Source: Kiritimatiellia bacterium (GTDB taxonomy: Bacteria; Verrucomicrobiota; Kiritimatiellia; RFP12; UBA1067). Taken from it: 57,125 nucleotides of DNA. The translations under genes were made by a program, and so were the position numbers. Shown here one piece after another: positions 41,831 through 51,921 of the stretch. Each line of letters opens with the position of its first letter. Within the stretch, counting starts at the first letter, position 1. The notes beneath the pieces were generated by a model that worked only from the letters and a program-made list of their open reading frames with translations, was not told the origin of the DNA and ran no database searches. Where the stretch lies: the NCBI GenBank assembly GCA_035449085.1, contig DAOTKE010000002.1:1-57125 (forward strand), given 5' to 3'.

Positions 41831-44818
41831 TCAAAGCAACAACAGCACGGTCCCCTTTGGGGGCGGCGGCGGCGGCGGTGCGGGCGGCTCCGGCGGATCC
41901 GGCCACAGCACACTGAACTGCACCAGCGCGTAATGTGCGCAACCGGTGCTGCTCGACTGGTTCGCGCCCCACAGGACACGCTTGTACGCGCCTCCGCCCT
42001 TCGCGATGCCCGCCTGGAGTTGGGCGCCGTCGCACGACAGACTCGCCGTGCCGGACACCGGGTCGTACGCCAACTCGTAGGTGTGGTAAACGCTGCCGCC
42101 CGCCACCGTGTGGATAATCGGCTCGCTGTTCACCCGGACACGCGCGTTACCGGTCGCATCGCTGCCGTAACTCAGCGAGTAGGTATAGCTGTCTGTCGAA
42201 ATCTGCACGCCCACGGAACCGTCCAAGGCGTCGTTTTCACCTATCACGCGCAGCCGTGCGGTCAGCCGCCAGCCGTTCGTGTTCGCCCCCTCGATCTCCC
42301 GGTCCAGCAGGGTCGTGGTGTAGTAGGCCAACGTCGATGTCGAGATGTCGTCGACCCGCCACGCGTCGACCGTCTCACCGCCGACCGTCTCGGTGACCGG
42401 ACTCACCGGCACCAGATTGGTGTTGCCGCCCAAGATCCAATTCTCGCGCGGTGACTCGGCCGCGATGTTCGGATCGAAGCGACCGACATGGCGGATCACA
42501 TACGGCAGCGTCACCACCGAAAATTCATCATAGTAGGCGTCGTGGGCCTCGACATTTCCGTTCGATGCCCGGTTCTTCCAAAATCCCGGCGCGCTCTCGG
42601 GCGACGCGCTGACGGCGGCAAAGCCGTTGTGCGCCATGACCGGCTCGCCGTTGACCAGCACCTGCAAGCGGTTGCCCGAGAGCAGCGTCTCAAACGTAAA
42701 CGGTTCGTTGTCGCCGAGGCGACCGTCGCCATCCGCGTCAAAGGGAAGACCGTTGACCGAGATCGGCAGCGAGCCCGCCGTGCCGTAGGTCAGGTAATCG
42801 CCGCCCGTGAACGGGTTTTTTATATATTTGTTGTTGTCGAAGTTTTCGCGCAGAAACAACCCGCCGGCCGCCGTCATCTGCACATGGACCGCCCCCAGGA
42901 AGTCGGCCCCCGTGTTCGTGCGCAGGCTCGGGGTCGCCCTCAGCAAGAAACCGCACGTATTCTTGACCGTCGCGCCGGACGCGCCGGATCGCACGAAACG
43001 CAGCCGCGTCTTGAACAGGCCGTTCGGCCAGGACGCCGCAGCCAAGGCCAAGGCCGGATCGCTACTTCCGTTACCCAGGCGCAACTCGCCGTTTGCCACG
43101 GAAGCGATGTCTCCCATACGCTGATACGGCATGTATTCACTCCAGTCAGCGGCACCCGACTCGGTGCGGCCCAGGCTGTCGTAGGTCGGTGCGGCGTCAT
43201 CGCGCGAGAAACCGTCCGCGAGTAGCCGCCCCGGCCGTTGCAGTTCTACCGACAACGTACCCGTCCCGGAAAGCGCTTCATGGTCGACGGCCCGATAAAG
43301 CCCTGCATCCAATTCCAGGCCGCCGATCCTTGCCCGGAACACCGTGGCCGTGCCGCCCGTCAGTGCAACCGTCCCTTGTTCTGAAACATCCAGGCAAACC
43401 AGACGCGCGCCGTCATTCAATTCAAGCGTACCCTCCCCTGCGACACGTGCCCAAGAGTCGTTCCCTGTGACCACCACCGCACTGTTGGTGTTCAATCGGA
43501 ACACGCCGCCGGTCACCATCAGCGCACTGAGTTTCGCGAACACGCCGGGTGCCAGATCGAGGAGCCCGCCGGCCACCGTCACCGCGTTCAAGCCATTCAG
43601 CGTTCCTGTCGCGGTCACCGTGCCGTTGCTGACAAGGAGCGGGCCGGCGAAGCTCGCGCCAGCCAGGACCAGCGTGTCCGCGCCCTCCTTCACGAGCCCG
43701 CCTGGCCCGGCCAGCGCACTGATCGTGTTGGTGAAACCGCTGCCCTCTGAGCAGAAACGAACCAGCCCGTTGGTCAGTTTGGGCGTCGTGTCGGCGTTGA
43801 TCGTATAGCCGGCGTTGAACGGCCGCAGAATCGCGCCCCCTCCGAGATTGAGCGTGCTACCAACGCCTGCCCCGCGGTTGACAACGCCTCCGAGCCACAG
43901 CTCGCCGCCCGTCAGATTGTAGGTCCCGAGCCCGCGGGCATCCGCCGAAAGGTGCATGGTTGCGGTACGCAGCACGCCGGCACTCTGATTGACAACCCCT
44001 GTGCCACGGAAGCTGACGTACATCGTCTTGTTGTTCAAATTCACTTCGCCGCCCGACAGATTGTATTCCGAGTACCCGCCGATCGCATAACCGTTCAGAA
44101 AGATGCCCTGCGTCAAGGCGGTGGTCATGTCGAGCAGGCCGCCTTCGTGCGTCACGACGGTGCGCGAACCTGTGCCGTCCTCCAACAGACGATTACCGCC
44201 CCACAGCAGATCGGCATGTTGCCCAGAGTTGTATGATGCATAGGTTGCCCCATCACGCATCACGAACTCGGCAGGCCCGCCCGTATCCGGTTCCACCGTT
44301 CCCAGATGTAGGTGCGTACCCGTAGCGTCGATCGAGCCTTCATTTACGAGCCGTCCCTGCTCGACATAACAACGACCGACTGTTTTCAATTCCCGTCGTA
44401 CCACCAGCGTGCCGTAACCGTCCTTGGTCATCTCGCCGTCGGGAGCGATGTCTGCTTCTATCCGTAATTCCGCCCCCGTGCCCACACGTATCCGCCTCAT
44501 CCCGGAAGTGGTCAGGAACACTTTCCGTGACACGGGCACCTCGATATCAGACAACACCGTCAGCACATTTGTCACCTCGCCGGGCGCGGGCGCATAGTGG
44601 ACTTCACCGACTGTCACATTTTCGGAGAGCACGACCGTCCCAACCGCTGCGGACAGCTCGGCCACATCGTCAGGGCCCGGCTTGACACCGCCTTCCCAAT
44701 TCGCGCTGTTTACCCATGCTGAATCCACACCGCCCTGCCAGATGCGCGTAGCGGCCTGTACGGCACACGCCGCACTGACGAGCAGGACACATCCCAAGCG
44801 TATTCCCGTATGCTTCAT
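41831..44818 (-). CDS. 995-aa secreted beta-strand-repeat exoprotein with C-terminal lectin-like (LamG/DUF1080-type) regions, poly-Pro and GT tail
   Basis: Signal peptide, then ATRIWQGG...ANWEGGVKPG head. The N-terminal about 500 aa are paralogous to 47401..51900. Ends PPEPPAPPPPPPPKGTVLLLL. Confidence 0.85.
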   Translation of the reverse strand: MKHTGIRLGCVLLVSAACAVQAATRIWQGGVDSAWVNSANWEGGVKPGPDDVAELSAAVGTVVLSENVTVGEVHYAPAPGEVTNVLTVLSDIEVPVSRKVFLTTSGMRRIRVGTGAELRIEADIAPDGEMTKDGYGTLVVRRELKTVGRCYVEQGRLVNEGSIDATGTHLHLGTVEPDTGGPAEFVMRDGATYASYNSGQHADLLWGGNRLLEDGTGSRTVVTHEGGLLDMTTALTQGIFLNGYAIGGYSEYNLSGGEVNLNNKTMYVSFRGTGVVNQSAGVLRTATMHLSADARGLGTYNLTGGELWLGGVVNRGAGVGSTLNLGGGAILRPFNAGYTINADTTPKLTNGLVRFCSEGSGFTNTISALAGPGGLVKEGADTLVLAGASFAGPLLVSNGTVTATGTLNGLNAVTVAGGLLDLAPGVFAKLSALMVTGGVFRLNTNSAVVVTGNDSWARVAGEGTLELNDGARLVCLDVSEQGTVALTGGTATVFRARIGGLELDAGLYRAVDHEALSGTGTLSVELQRPGRLLADGFSRDDAAPTYDSLGRTESGAADWSEYMPYQRMGDIASVANGELRLGNGSSDPALALAAASWPNGLFKTRLRFVRSGASGATVKNTCGFLLRATPSLRTNTGADFLGAVHVQMTAAGGLFLRENFDNNKYIKNPFTGGDYLTYGTAGSLPISVNGLPFDADGDGRLGDNEPFTFETLLSGNRLQVLVNGEPVMAHNGFAAVSASPESAPGFWKNRASNGNVEAHDAYYDEFSVVTLPYVIRHVGRFDPNIAAESPRENWILGGNTNLVPVSPVTETVGGETVDAWRVDDISTSTLAYYTTTLLDREIEGANTNGWRLTARLRVIGENDALDGSVGVQISTDSYTYSLSYGSDATGNARVRVNSEPIIHTVAGGSVYHTYELAYDPVSGTASLSCDGAQLQAGIAKGGGAYKRVLWGANQSSSTGCAHYALVQFSVLWPDPPEPPAPPPPPPPKGTVLLLL

Positions 44819-44918
44819 CTGTCACCTCCATGCTGGTTGCGTAAACTGTCGCCCTTCACGGCAAACTTCCTTCAATGCCCGACGTTCCGAGTACTCGTTC
44901 AGGTTATCCTCTCGTTCA

Positions 44919-47261
44919 TTACCGCTCAGTGCACGGCGGGCTTGCCTCGTGATACGCCTCGATTTCACGCAAAACAAGAAAGCGCTTGCCGATGTCCGAG
45001 CTGCGCGTGACCGTCACGCGCAGCCGCTCCACCGTGACCGGCTCGAACGCGCACACCAGCGGCACGGCGTTGGTGTGGCCGCGCCGCGTCGCCGCATCGC
45101 GCACATCGGCCAGAACCTGCCAGGCACCGTTCACACGTCCCTCCACCTTGACATCTTCGGGTGCGCATTGATTTTTCCAGCTCAGGTTGCCGCCCTTCAA
45201 TGCCACCCGGTTTACGGCGGCAGGCCGCGCGGGTGCCAGTTCGATGGTCACCGGCCAGTGCTCGAACGTGACGGACGAGTGAGTCGAGTCATCGCCGTCG
45301 ATCAGCTCGGTCACAAATTCGCTCTCCTTCCCTGACCCGGTTTCACACGCGCTGCCGCCTTTATCCACCGCCAGCACATTGCGCAGCCGGCGCGGACGCG
45401 CGCCCGGCTCGGCCGTCTTCGGCGGCGGTGCAGCCAGGATGGCGCGCCGCGCCTCGCCAAGCATCGGCCAGACGTTGGGCTTCACCAGGCACATCTCTTC
45501 ATACACGCCCAAATAATCAAAGCCGGCCTGCGCCAAATCGATCAACCGGTCGCGCATATACACGCCGCGCCCGGCCGGCTTGACCTCTGCTGGCAGACCT
45601 GGAATCCAGAAATCAAACCCGGCGCGCACGCCGTTGCGCCGGCACAGCCAGAGCAGCGCGCGGATGCGTTCGCTGTCGCGCACGAGCTGAACCGAGTCGC
45701 CGCAGTGCCGCGGCTCGATCAGAAAATCCTCGCACAGCCGCTCTTCAATCAACCGTTCCGGCGGCACCACCCAGCCGCCGCAACTCGTATCCAGCAGCGA
45801 GGTCGGGGCCTGAAACAGACAGAGCCGTTTGCCGCGCGCGGCAAACAGGGGACGAAGCTCGCGCAGCCACTGCACCACATACTCCCCATAGATCATGCGC
45901 AGTTTATACGTGTCGTAGCGGCCGTCCGCGGGCTGTCCCCAACGTGCGTGGTAATCGGCCAACGCGACATCGTTGTAGAGATAGCCGCCGTAGTCATGCC
46001 GGTTGCCGTCCCAGATGACGTTGTGCTGATAGTGCAGCTTGAGGGCCACGCCGGCCACGCCTTCACGCGCCAGCAGTTCTTTAACGACAGCGGTCTTGTA
46101 GGCGCGCACCTCCGGATAGCCGAAGCAGAGCAGGCCCCAGCGGGAACGGCCTTCACGGTCCACGCAGCGGAAGTGCGGATGCTCTTCCAGAAATTTGGAA
46201 CTCCACGCCTGGACAGGCGGCAGCGCGCGCCGGCCGTCATCGATCGGATCGAACCACGCATAGAGCGCCACGCCGTTGCTCAGCGCGGCCCGGCCCGCGC
46301 AGGCCAGCGGGTCGCCGGCGGCGATGGCGCGCGTGAACAGCTCCTCAGTGTGGGGACGGTGCAGGATCTTGAACGCCGCGTCGCCATGGGGAAAGGCGCG
46401 TGCCTTTTCTGCCGCGTCCAGTGCCCGGAAGTCTCCGTTGAGCGTCACGAAATTCGCGCCGCTCTGCCGCCAGCCCTCGGGCTCCAGCAAGGCGTCGCTC
46501 GCCTCCATGCCGCCGTTGACCAGCCGTTCCTTTCCGGTGCTGTCCCGCAGCGACAGCGCGTCGGCCACAAACACATGGATGTCGGAACGGCCATATGAAA
46601 ACACGCCGACAAAGAAGGGACGTTCCGCCGCGAAGCGCAGGGCCGCATGCCGGAACGCTTCGCCGGCCACCTCGTCGCTGCGCGCGAGCACCTTGCCGCT
46701 GGCGGCGTCCACCGCAGCCAGAAAGGCCCCGCGCGCCATCCGCGGCCCCAGGCCGAGCGCGGCGAGCGCGCGCGCGGGCCACGGCACCGCCGGCAAGACC
46801 GGCGAGCTGAGCGCGGCGCGGAACACGAAGGTGTCCGGTGTCGTCACGTCGACGCGCTGCACCAGCCCGCCGAACGGCAGCGCATCCAGCGCCGCCACGC
46901 GCGGACGCGCGCCGGGCGACACGCCGACCTTGGCGGCGAACGCGCCCTCGGCCCGCCGCGCGTCGGTATTCGAACGGATGCGCGGCACCTCGTGGATGCC
47001 GTAGGTCAGGCGCGACGGGTAGCTGGCGATCTGACACACCGCGCGCCAGGTCGCCATGGTCACGCCGTTGCTGGCACAGGCCGCGAACAGGGCGTCGATC
47101 TGCGCCGGCCCGTAGAACGGCGCGTCATAATGGCTCTGCGCCACGGTCTGGTTGTCGAACACGTCCACGTCCACGCAGAGCGCGGCGCACTCCTGCGCCC
47201 TTGCGGCAAGAACGGATCCGATAACGATCCCCGCCATCCGCCATGTGTTTTTTCTCAGCAC
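44919..47261 (-). CDS. secreted hypothetical protein, TIM-barrel glycoside-hydrolase-like region + C-terminal F5/8 type C (discoidin) domain
   Basis: GTG start, signal peptide. The C-terminal about 150 aa is discoidin-like (...ERLRVTVTRSSDIGKRFLVLREIEAY). The central region resembles 53765..55681. Confidence 0.7.
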   Translation of the reverse strand: MLRKNTWRMAGIVIGSVLAARAQECAALCVDVDVFDNQTVAQSHYDAPFYGPAQIDALFAACASNGVTMATWRAVCQIASYPSRLTYGIHEVPRIRSNTDARRAEGAFAAKVGVSPGARPRVAALDALPFGGLVQRVDVTTPDTFVFRAALSSPVLPAVPWPARALAALGLGPRMARGAFLAAVDAASGKVLARSDEVAGEAFRHAALRFAAERPFFVGVFSYGRSDIHVFVADALSLRDSTGKERLVNGGMEASDALLEPEGWRQSGANFVTLNGDFRALDAAEKARAFPHGDAAFKILHRPHTEELFTRAIAAGDPLACAGRAALSNGVALYAWFDPIDDGRRALPPVQAWSSKFLEEHPHFRCVDREGRSRWGLLCFGYPEVRAYKTAVVKELLAREGVAGVALKLHYQHNVIWDGNRHDYGGYLYNDVALADYHARWGQPADGRYDTYKLRMIYGEYVVQWLRELRPLFAARGKRLCLFQAPTSLLDTSCGGWVVPPERLIEERLCEDFLIEPRHCGDSVQLVRDSERIRALLWLCRRNGVRAGFDFWIPGLPAEVKPAGRGVYMRDRLIDLAQAGFDYLGVYEEMCLVKPNVWPMLGEARRAILAAPPPKTAEPGARPRRLRNVLAVDKGGSACETGSGKESEFVTELIDGDDSTHSSVTFEHWPVTIELAPARPAAVNRVALKGGNLSWKNQCAPEDVKVEGRVNGAWQVLADVRDAATRRGHTNAVPLVCAFEPVTVERLRVTVTRSSDIGKRFLVLREIEAYHEASPPCTER

Positions 47262-47298
47262 GTAAAATGCCTCTTACTTTCTTTCGTTCGTCCATAAC

Positions 47299-47333
47299 TT
47301 GAGAGTTGTAAGTTGAACGTTGAGCGTTGAAGG
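47299..47333 (-). repeat. heptad tandem repeat (5 degenerate copies), homologous to 28359..28386
   Basis: TTGAGAG TTGTAAG TTGAACG TTGAGCG TTGAAGG. The same TAACTTGAG lead-in as at 28356. Lies 38 nt upstream of the 47261 start. Confidence 0.5.
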
Positions 47334-47400
47334 TTACCCCCTCGATCATTCGTATTACGGTCGCGCGGTAGGCTCGTCCCTCCCGAACCCAAGCCGCGCG

Positions 47401-50400
47401 TCATCGCAGCCCGAACAGCGTTCCCTGCGGTCCTTGAGGCCCGACCACTTTCAACACGCCGGTTCCCGTAAAAGTCTCGTCCAGCACCTTGTCCACCTCG
47501 CCGGTGCAGGCTGACGAGCCGTAACGCTGGCCGCGTCCGGGGCAGGCGTATCCATTGATCACCAGCGCCCCGACTTCAACCTCGCCCTCGAAATTCAGGT
47601 GGATCCGTCCTTCCGCCGCGGCCCTGAGCACCAGGTTGGTGTTCAGCGCCTCGCCGCTTCGCCGCAAGTCCAGATGGGCACCGGTGTCCACCCACAGATT
47701 GGTGCACTGCGTCAGGCATCCCGCTGCCGCGACGGTGCACGTCCCTGCCAGGATCAGCGCTGACCCGCCGAAGGCATTGGTGTTGGAGAGATAGAGCTGG
47801 CCCTCTCCCTCCTTCACGAAACCGCCCGCACCCGCCGCAGGCGCCGCCGCCGTAAACTGGAGCGTGCGTCCTGCGGACGGCGCGAAGGACACGTCGCCGT
47901 TGAGACCGGTCAACTCGATCGGCGAACGCAAGACCAGCCACGTCGGGCCGCGCGGCTCGACCCGTCCTCCGCCCAAACGGAAGAGCACGCGCGCGTCCAT
48001 ATCTGTGGTCGTTTCACCGACTTTGAGCAGCCCGCCGCTCAGGTTCACCTCGCCCGGCGTCCCGGCGAGACGCTGGATATCCGCCACGCCGCCCGACTGG
48101 TTGAAAATGCCGTAATGGCCGTTATGCAGAGGGCCGTTCCTGCCGAAACGAAGCTCATTGGTCACGGCCAGCGTGCCGTTGACCAGATTGTAGGTGCCGG
48201 TCCCGGTGACCTCTGTGTAGGCGGCGGTGTGCCCCAGCGCAATGCGCACACCCCAGTTGATGCCCGGCACCACCGTGCCGCCGTTCTGCGTGAAGACGCC
48301 GGGCCCCGGCTCGGACGCCAAGGCATTGAGCGCCGTGATGAAACAGGTACCGCTGAGCGACGCGCCCGGAGTGTCGGCCATGATAAATTCGGGCGTCAGT
48401 CCGGGATCGAACCGCGAGAGCTTGCCGACCGAGATCAGCACGTTGTTCATCGCCCCTTCGTTGATCACCTTCCCGCCGTCGACATACAGGTAGATGACCG
48501 AGGCCGACGTGACCAGCGACGGATACGCATAGGTGCTCCGGCGCAGGATCAGCGTGCCTGCGCCGCGCTTATGGATCGATCCCATGATGCAGAGATCGTG
48601 ATCCAGCACCAGCGTCTCACCGACCGCGACATCCAACACGCCGTTGTCCGCCAAATAGAGCGTGCTGGTCGCGTCTTGCGGCGAGGCGTTGGACACAATC
48701 GCCCCCGCAACGCCCGAAGCCAGGACAAGCTGCCGATTGGTGACGGCTGCGAGATCCAGCATCACGGTGGCGACCGGCGCCTCGTTCGAAACGGCCGCCG
48801 ACAGATCGGCCGCCAGATACGGGCTGTTCGGCAGAATCCCGGCGACCCAGTTCGCCGCCGTGCTCCACAGTCCGTCGCCAGCCGCGCCGGTCCACTGCCC
48901 GGGCTCGGCACCCACGATCAGAACGCCGTCACCCGTCAGCGCCGCGCAGTTCGACGCCGTGTAGACGTCCGCCGGCCATTCCGCGCCGGCCACGAAGAAT
49001 CGCTCGGCGGTGATCACCACGCCGGACTCAAGCGTGATCATGCCGTTCGTCACCGCCAGCGTCCCCAGCTTGGCGGTGCCGGTTGATGTGACGGTGAGAC
49101 TTCCTTCGAGCAGCAGCAGGTCATTGGTGCCGACAAGCGAGCCGCTGACCGTCAGGGTGCCGTTGCTCACCGTTACCAGCCCGGACAAGGCACCGGCTCC
49201 CGCAAGCGCGAGCGTGCCGTCGCCCGTTTTGGCAAATCCTCCGCTGCCGGAGGTCGCGCCTGAAAGGGTCAGCGAACGGGCGTCCTCCAACGCGAAGCAC
49301 ATGTCGCCGCCCTCGCCTGTAAAGACTACGGGGCTGGCGAGCGTCACCGCTGCGGTCGTGAACGCTTTGGTCTCCAAGCGCCCGCCGCCCAAAAACCACG
49401 TGCAATAGACCGAGGACGCATTGTCAAAACGATCCACCCGCAGCAGCCCGCCGGTCAGCCGCACCTCGCCGCCCCGCGGCACGAAGTTGTCGATGTCGGC
49501 CACGCCGCCCGACTGATTGAAGGCGCCCCGTCCGGCATTGGCCGCCAGCACAAACGAATGGGTCACGCGCAGCATGCCGTTCACCAGGTTGTAGGTGCCG
49601 GTGCCGCCGAGCGACGCGCCCGCAGCCGCAAATCCGATCTGTGCGCGCGTCAGCCAACTGATGCCGGGCTCGACCGTCCCCCCGAGCTGCGTGAACACGC
49701 CGTTGCCGGGATGCAGCGAAGTCGCAAGCCAGCTCATGGCGCTCAGGAATGTCGTGCCGCGGATCTCCGCCTGCGGCGTATCCGCCAGAATGAAGACCGG
49801 CTCATTCCCCGCGACACTCCGGTCCGGCTTGCCGGGCATGACCAACACGTTCGTGACGGCGCCACACCCGACCACCGTCCCCGCTTCGACGGCGAGCGTG
49901 ATGGTGGAACTTGCCGTCACCAGCGACGGCAGCGCGAAGGTCGTGCCGGCCAGAACCAGCGTGCCTTCGCCGCGCTTGTAGAGCGTGCCCATCAGACAGA
50001 GGTCGTGCTCCAGCACCAGCGTTTCACCCGCACCCACATGAACGGCGCCCGATGCACTCATGTACAGCGTGTTGGTCACACCCGCCGGGCTCGCGTTGGT
50101 CACCGCCGCGCCCGCGATGCCCGCATCCAGAACCAGCAAACTGTTGGTGAGGCCGCCGACATCCAGCAGCAGCGTGGCCGAAGGCGTTTCGGTCGAGACC
50201 GCGCCGGAGAGATCCGCCACCGCCTTCACACCGGCCGGCATCACGCCGGACTGCCAGTTGGCGCCCGTGCTCCACAGGCCGTCGCCGCCCGCGCCGGTCC
50301 AATAGCCGCCGTTGACGAGCAACGTGCCTGTGCCGGTGATCGCCGGACAGGTCGCGGCCGTGTAGGCGCCGGGCGCCTGCGCCACGCCGTCAATCCTCAA

Positions 50401-51900
50401 GCCATACACTGCGGCTGTTCCGCCTGCGCTCAGATCGATGCTGCCCGATTCCGACACATCCAGCACCGTCACGCCGGGCAGCAGCGCGCCGCTCAACAGC
50501 CGCAGCGTGCCGTTCCCCAGCACGCGCACGCGGGGCACAAGGCCGGTCAACGACAACGTGCTGTTCGCGGCGACCTGAAACACGCCGCCCGTGACGGTCA
50601 GCGCGCTGAAGGTCACGGCTACTCCGCCGAGATTCACGGTCCCGCCCGCGACCGTCACCGCGTTGCCGCCGGTCATCGCCTGGCTGATGTTCACCGTGCC
50701 GTTGCTGACGATCACGGGGCCGGTGAAACTATGCGCGCTGCCGGCGATATTCAAGGTGTCCGCGCCCGCCTTGATGAAGCCGCCCGGCCCCTTGAGGCCG
50801 CTGACGGTGTTTGTGAACGCGCTGCCGTCCGAACAGAACTGCGTGAGGCCGCCGATCCCGGTCAACTGCGGGGCCGTGTTGTCATAGATGTTGAATCCCG
50901 CGTTCAGCGGATAGACTCGCGCGCCGCCGATGTTGAACGCCGCCTTGCCGCCGCCCTTTTGCGCGATGCCGCCGAGCCAGAGTTCGCCGCCGGTCAGGTT
51001 GTAGGTGCCATCGCCCGTCGTGGACGAAAAATTCATATACGAGGCACGCAGGATGCCGCCGCTCTGGTTGACGACGCCGGTGCCGTTAAAGCCGATGAAG
51101 ACCCCTTTGGTGCGCAGGTTGATTTCGCCGCCCGAAAGGTTGTAGACACTGTGTCCGCCGGCCGCGTAACCGTTCAGAAACACGCCGCCGGTAACGTTGG
51201 TGGTCAAGTCCAGCAGGCCGCCTTCGTGAGTGACGATACCACGCGACCCGGTGCCGCTTGCCAACAGACGGTTGCCGCCCCAGAGGAGGTCTGAGCCTTG
51301 GGTCGGGATATACGACGCATAGGTCGAGCCGGCACGCATCACGAACTCCGGGGCCGCGCCGGGGTCTGGCTCGACGGTTCCCAGATGCATGCGGCAGGCA
51401 TAGATCGACAGATCGCCCTCGTTGATGACGCGGCCCTGTTCGATCAGGAGGTCGGTCCGAACAGTAGCGGGCATCCTGCGTTTGAACACCAGCGTGCCGT
51501 AGCCGTCCTTGCGCAGCGTGCCGGTCGGCTTGACGTCTGCGTCCAGCCGCAGTTCCGCGCCTGCCCCGACCTGGATGCGGCGCGTCGCCGTGGTGGTCAG
51601 GGTGATCAGCCGCGAAGAGGGCGCGGCCGTGTCCGAGAGGATCGTCAGCACGTTGGTCGTGGCGCCGGCCGCCGGATTATAGAGAATCTCGCCGACGGTC
51701 TGGTCGACCGTGAGATCGATCGTGCCGGTCGCGGCCGAAAGATCCGCCGTGTCGTTCACGCCCGGTAGGACCCCGTCCTGCCAGTTGGCGGTACTGGTCC
51801 ACAGTCCGCCCACGCTGCTCAGCCACGTCCGCGTCGCGGCCTGCAGCGATCCCGTCAGGCCGATCATCATCAACACGACTCCGAGTATCCGTTTGCTCAT
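47401..51900 (-). CDS. 1499-aa secreted beta-strand-repeat exoprotein built from three about 470-530-aa modules
   Basis: Signal peptide MSKRILGVVLMMIGLTGSLQA. The module head W..GLWST.ANW..G..P...ADLS recurs 3 times. Ends GPQGPQGTLFGLR. Confidence 0.88.
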   Translation of the reverse strand: MSKRILGVVLMMIGLTGSLQAATRTWLSSVGGLWTSTANWQDGVLPGVNDTADLSAATGTIDLTVDQTVGEILYNPAAGATTNVLTILSDTAAPSSRLITLTTTATRRIQVGAGAELRLDADVKPTGTLRKDGYGTLVFKRRMPATVRTDLLIEQGRVINEGDLSIYACRMHLGTVEPDPGAAPEFVMRAGSTYASYIPTQGSDLLWGGNRLLASGTGSRGIVTHEGGLLDLTTNVTGGVFLNGYAAGGHSVYNLSGGEINLRTKGVFIGFNGTGVVNQSGGILRASYMNFSSTTGDGTYNLTGGELWLGGIAQKGGGKAAFNIGGARVYPLNAGFNIYDNTAPQLTGIGGLTQFCSDGSAFTNTVSGLKGPGGFIKAGADTLNIAGSAHSFTGPVIVSNGTVNISQAMTGGNAVTVAGGTVNLGGVAVTFSALTVTGGVFQVAANSTLSLTGLVPRVRVLGNGTLRLLSGALLPGVTVLDVSESGSIDLSAGGTAAVYGLRIDGVAQAPGAYTAATCPAITGTGTLLVNGGYWTGAGGDGLWSTGANWQSGVMPAGVKAVADLSGAVSTETPSATLLLDVGGLTNSLLVLDAGIAGAAVTNASPAGVTNTLYMSASGAVHVGAGETLVLEHDLCLMGTLYKRGEGTLVLAGTTFALPSLVTASSTITLAVEAGTVVGCGAVTNVLVMPGKPDRSVAGNEPVFILADTPQAEIRGTTFLSAMSWLATSLHPGNGVFTQLGGTVEPGISWLTRAQIGFAAAGASLGGTGTYNLVNGMLRVTHSFVLAANAGRGAFNQSGGVADIDNFVPRGGEVRLTGGLLRVDRFDNASSVYCTWFLGGGRLETKAFTTAAVTLASPVVFTGEGGDMCFALEDARSLTLSGATSGSGGFAKTGDGTLALAGAGALSGLVTVSNGTLTVSGSLVGTNDLLLLEGSLTVTSTGTAKLGTLAVTNGMITLESGVVITAERFFVAGAEWPADVYTASNCAALTGDGVLIVGAEPGQWTGAAGDGLWSTAANWVAGILPNSPYLAADLSAAVSNEAPVATVMLDLAAVTNRQLVLASGVAGAIVSNASPQDATSTLYLADNGVLDVAVGETLVLDHDLCIMGSIHKRGAGTLILRRSTYAYPSLVTSASVIYLYVDGGKVINEGAMNNVLISVGKLSRFDPGLTPEFIMADTPGASLSGTCFITALNALASEPGPGVFTQNGGTVVPGINWGVRIALGHTAAYTEVTGTGTYNLVNGTLAVTNELRFGRNGPLHNGHYGIFNQSGGVADIQRLAGTPGEVNLSGGLLKVGETTTDMDARVLFRLGGGRVEPRGPTWLVLRSPIELTGLNGDVSFAPSAGRTLQFTAAAPAAGAGGFVKEGEGQLYLSNTNAFGGSALILAGTCTVAAAGCLTQCTNLWVDTGAHLDLRRSGEALNTNLVLRAAAEGRIHLNFEGEVEVGALVINGYACPGRGQRYGSSACTGEVDKVLDETFTGTGVLKVVGPQGPQGTLFGLR

Positions 51901-51921
51901 GTGCGTTTTCTCCTTGTGAAA

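Noticed and set aside
41858-41900. GGC/GGT-rich simple repeats (poly-Pro codons, also at 51946..51980) as phase-variation tracts
   Set aside because: They are short, interrupted triplet runs in frame. Slippage would only change linker length, not switch expression. They are noted as coding linkers.
41831-41905. PEP-CTERM / exosortase-type anchor for the GT tails (a PPEPP string precedes one of them)
   Set aside because: No transmembrane helix or basic cluster follows. The proteins stop 5 residues after G-T, and the downstream sequence is the next gene's leader in another frame.
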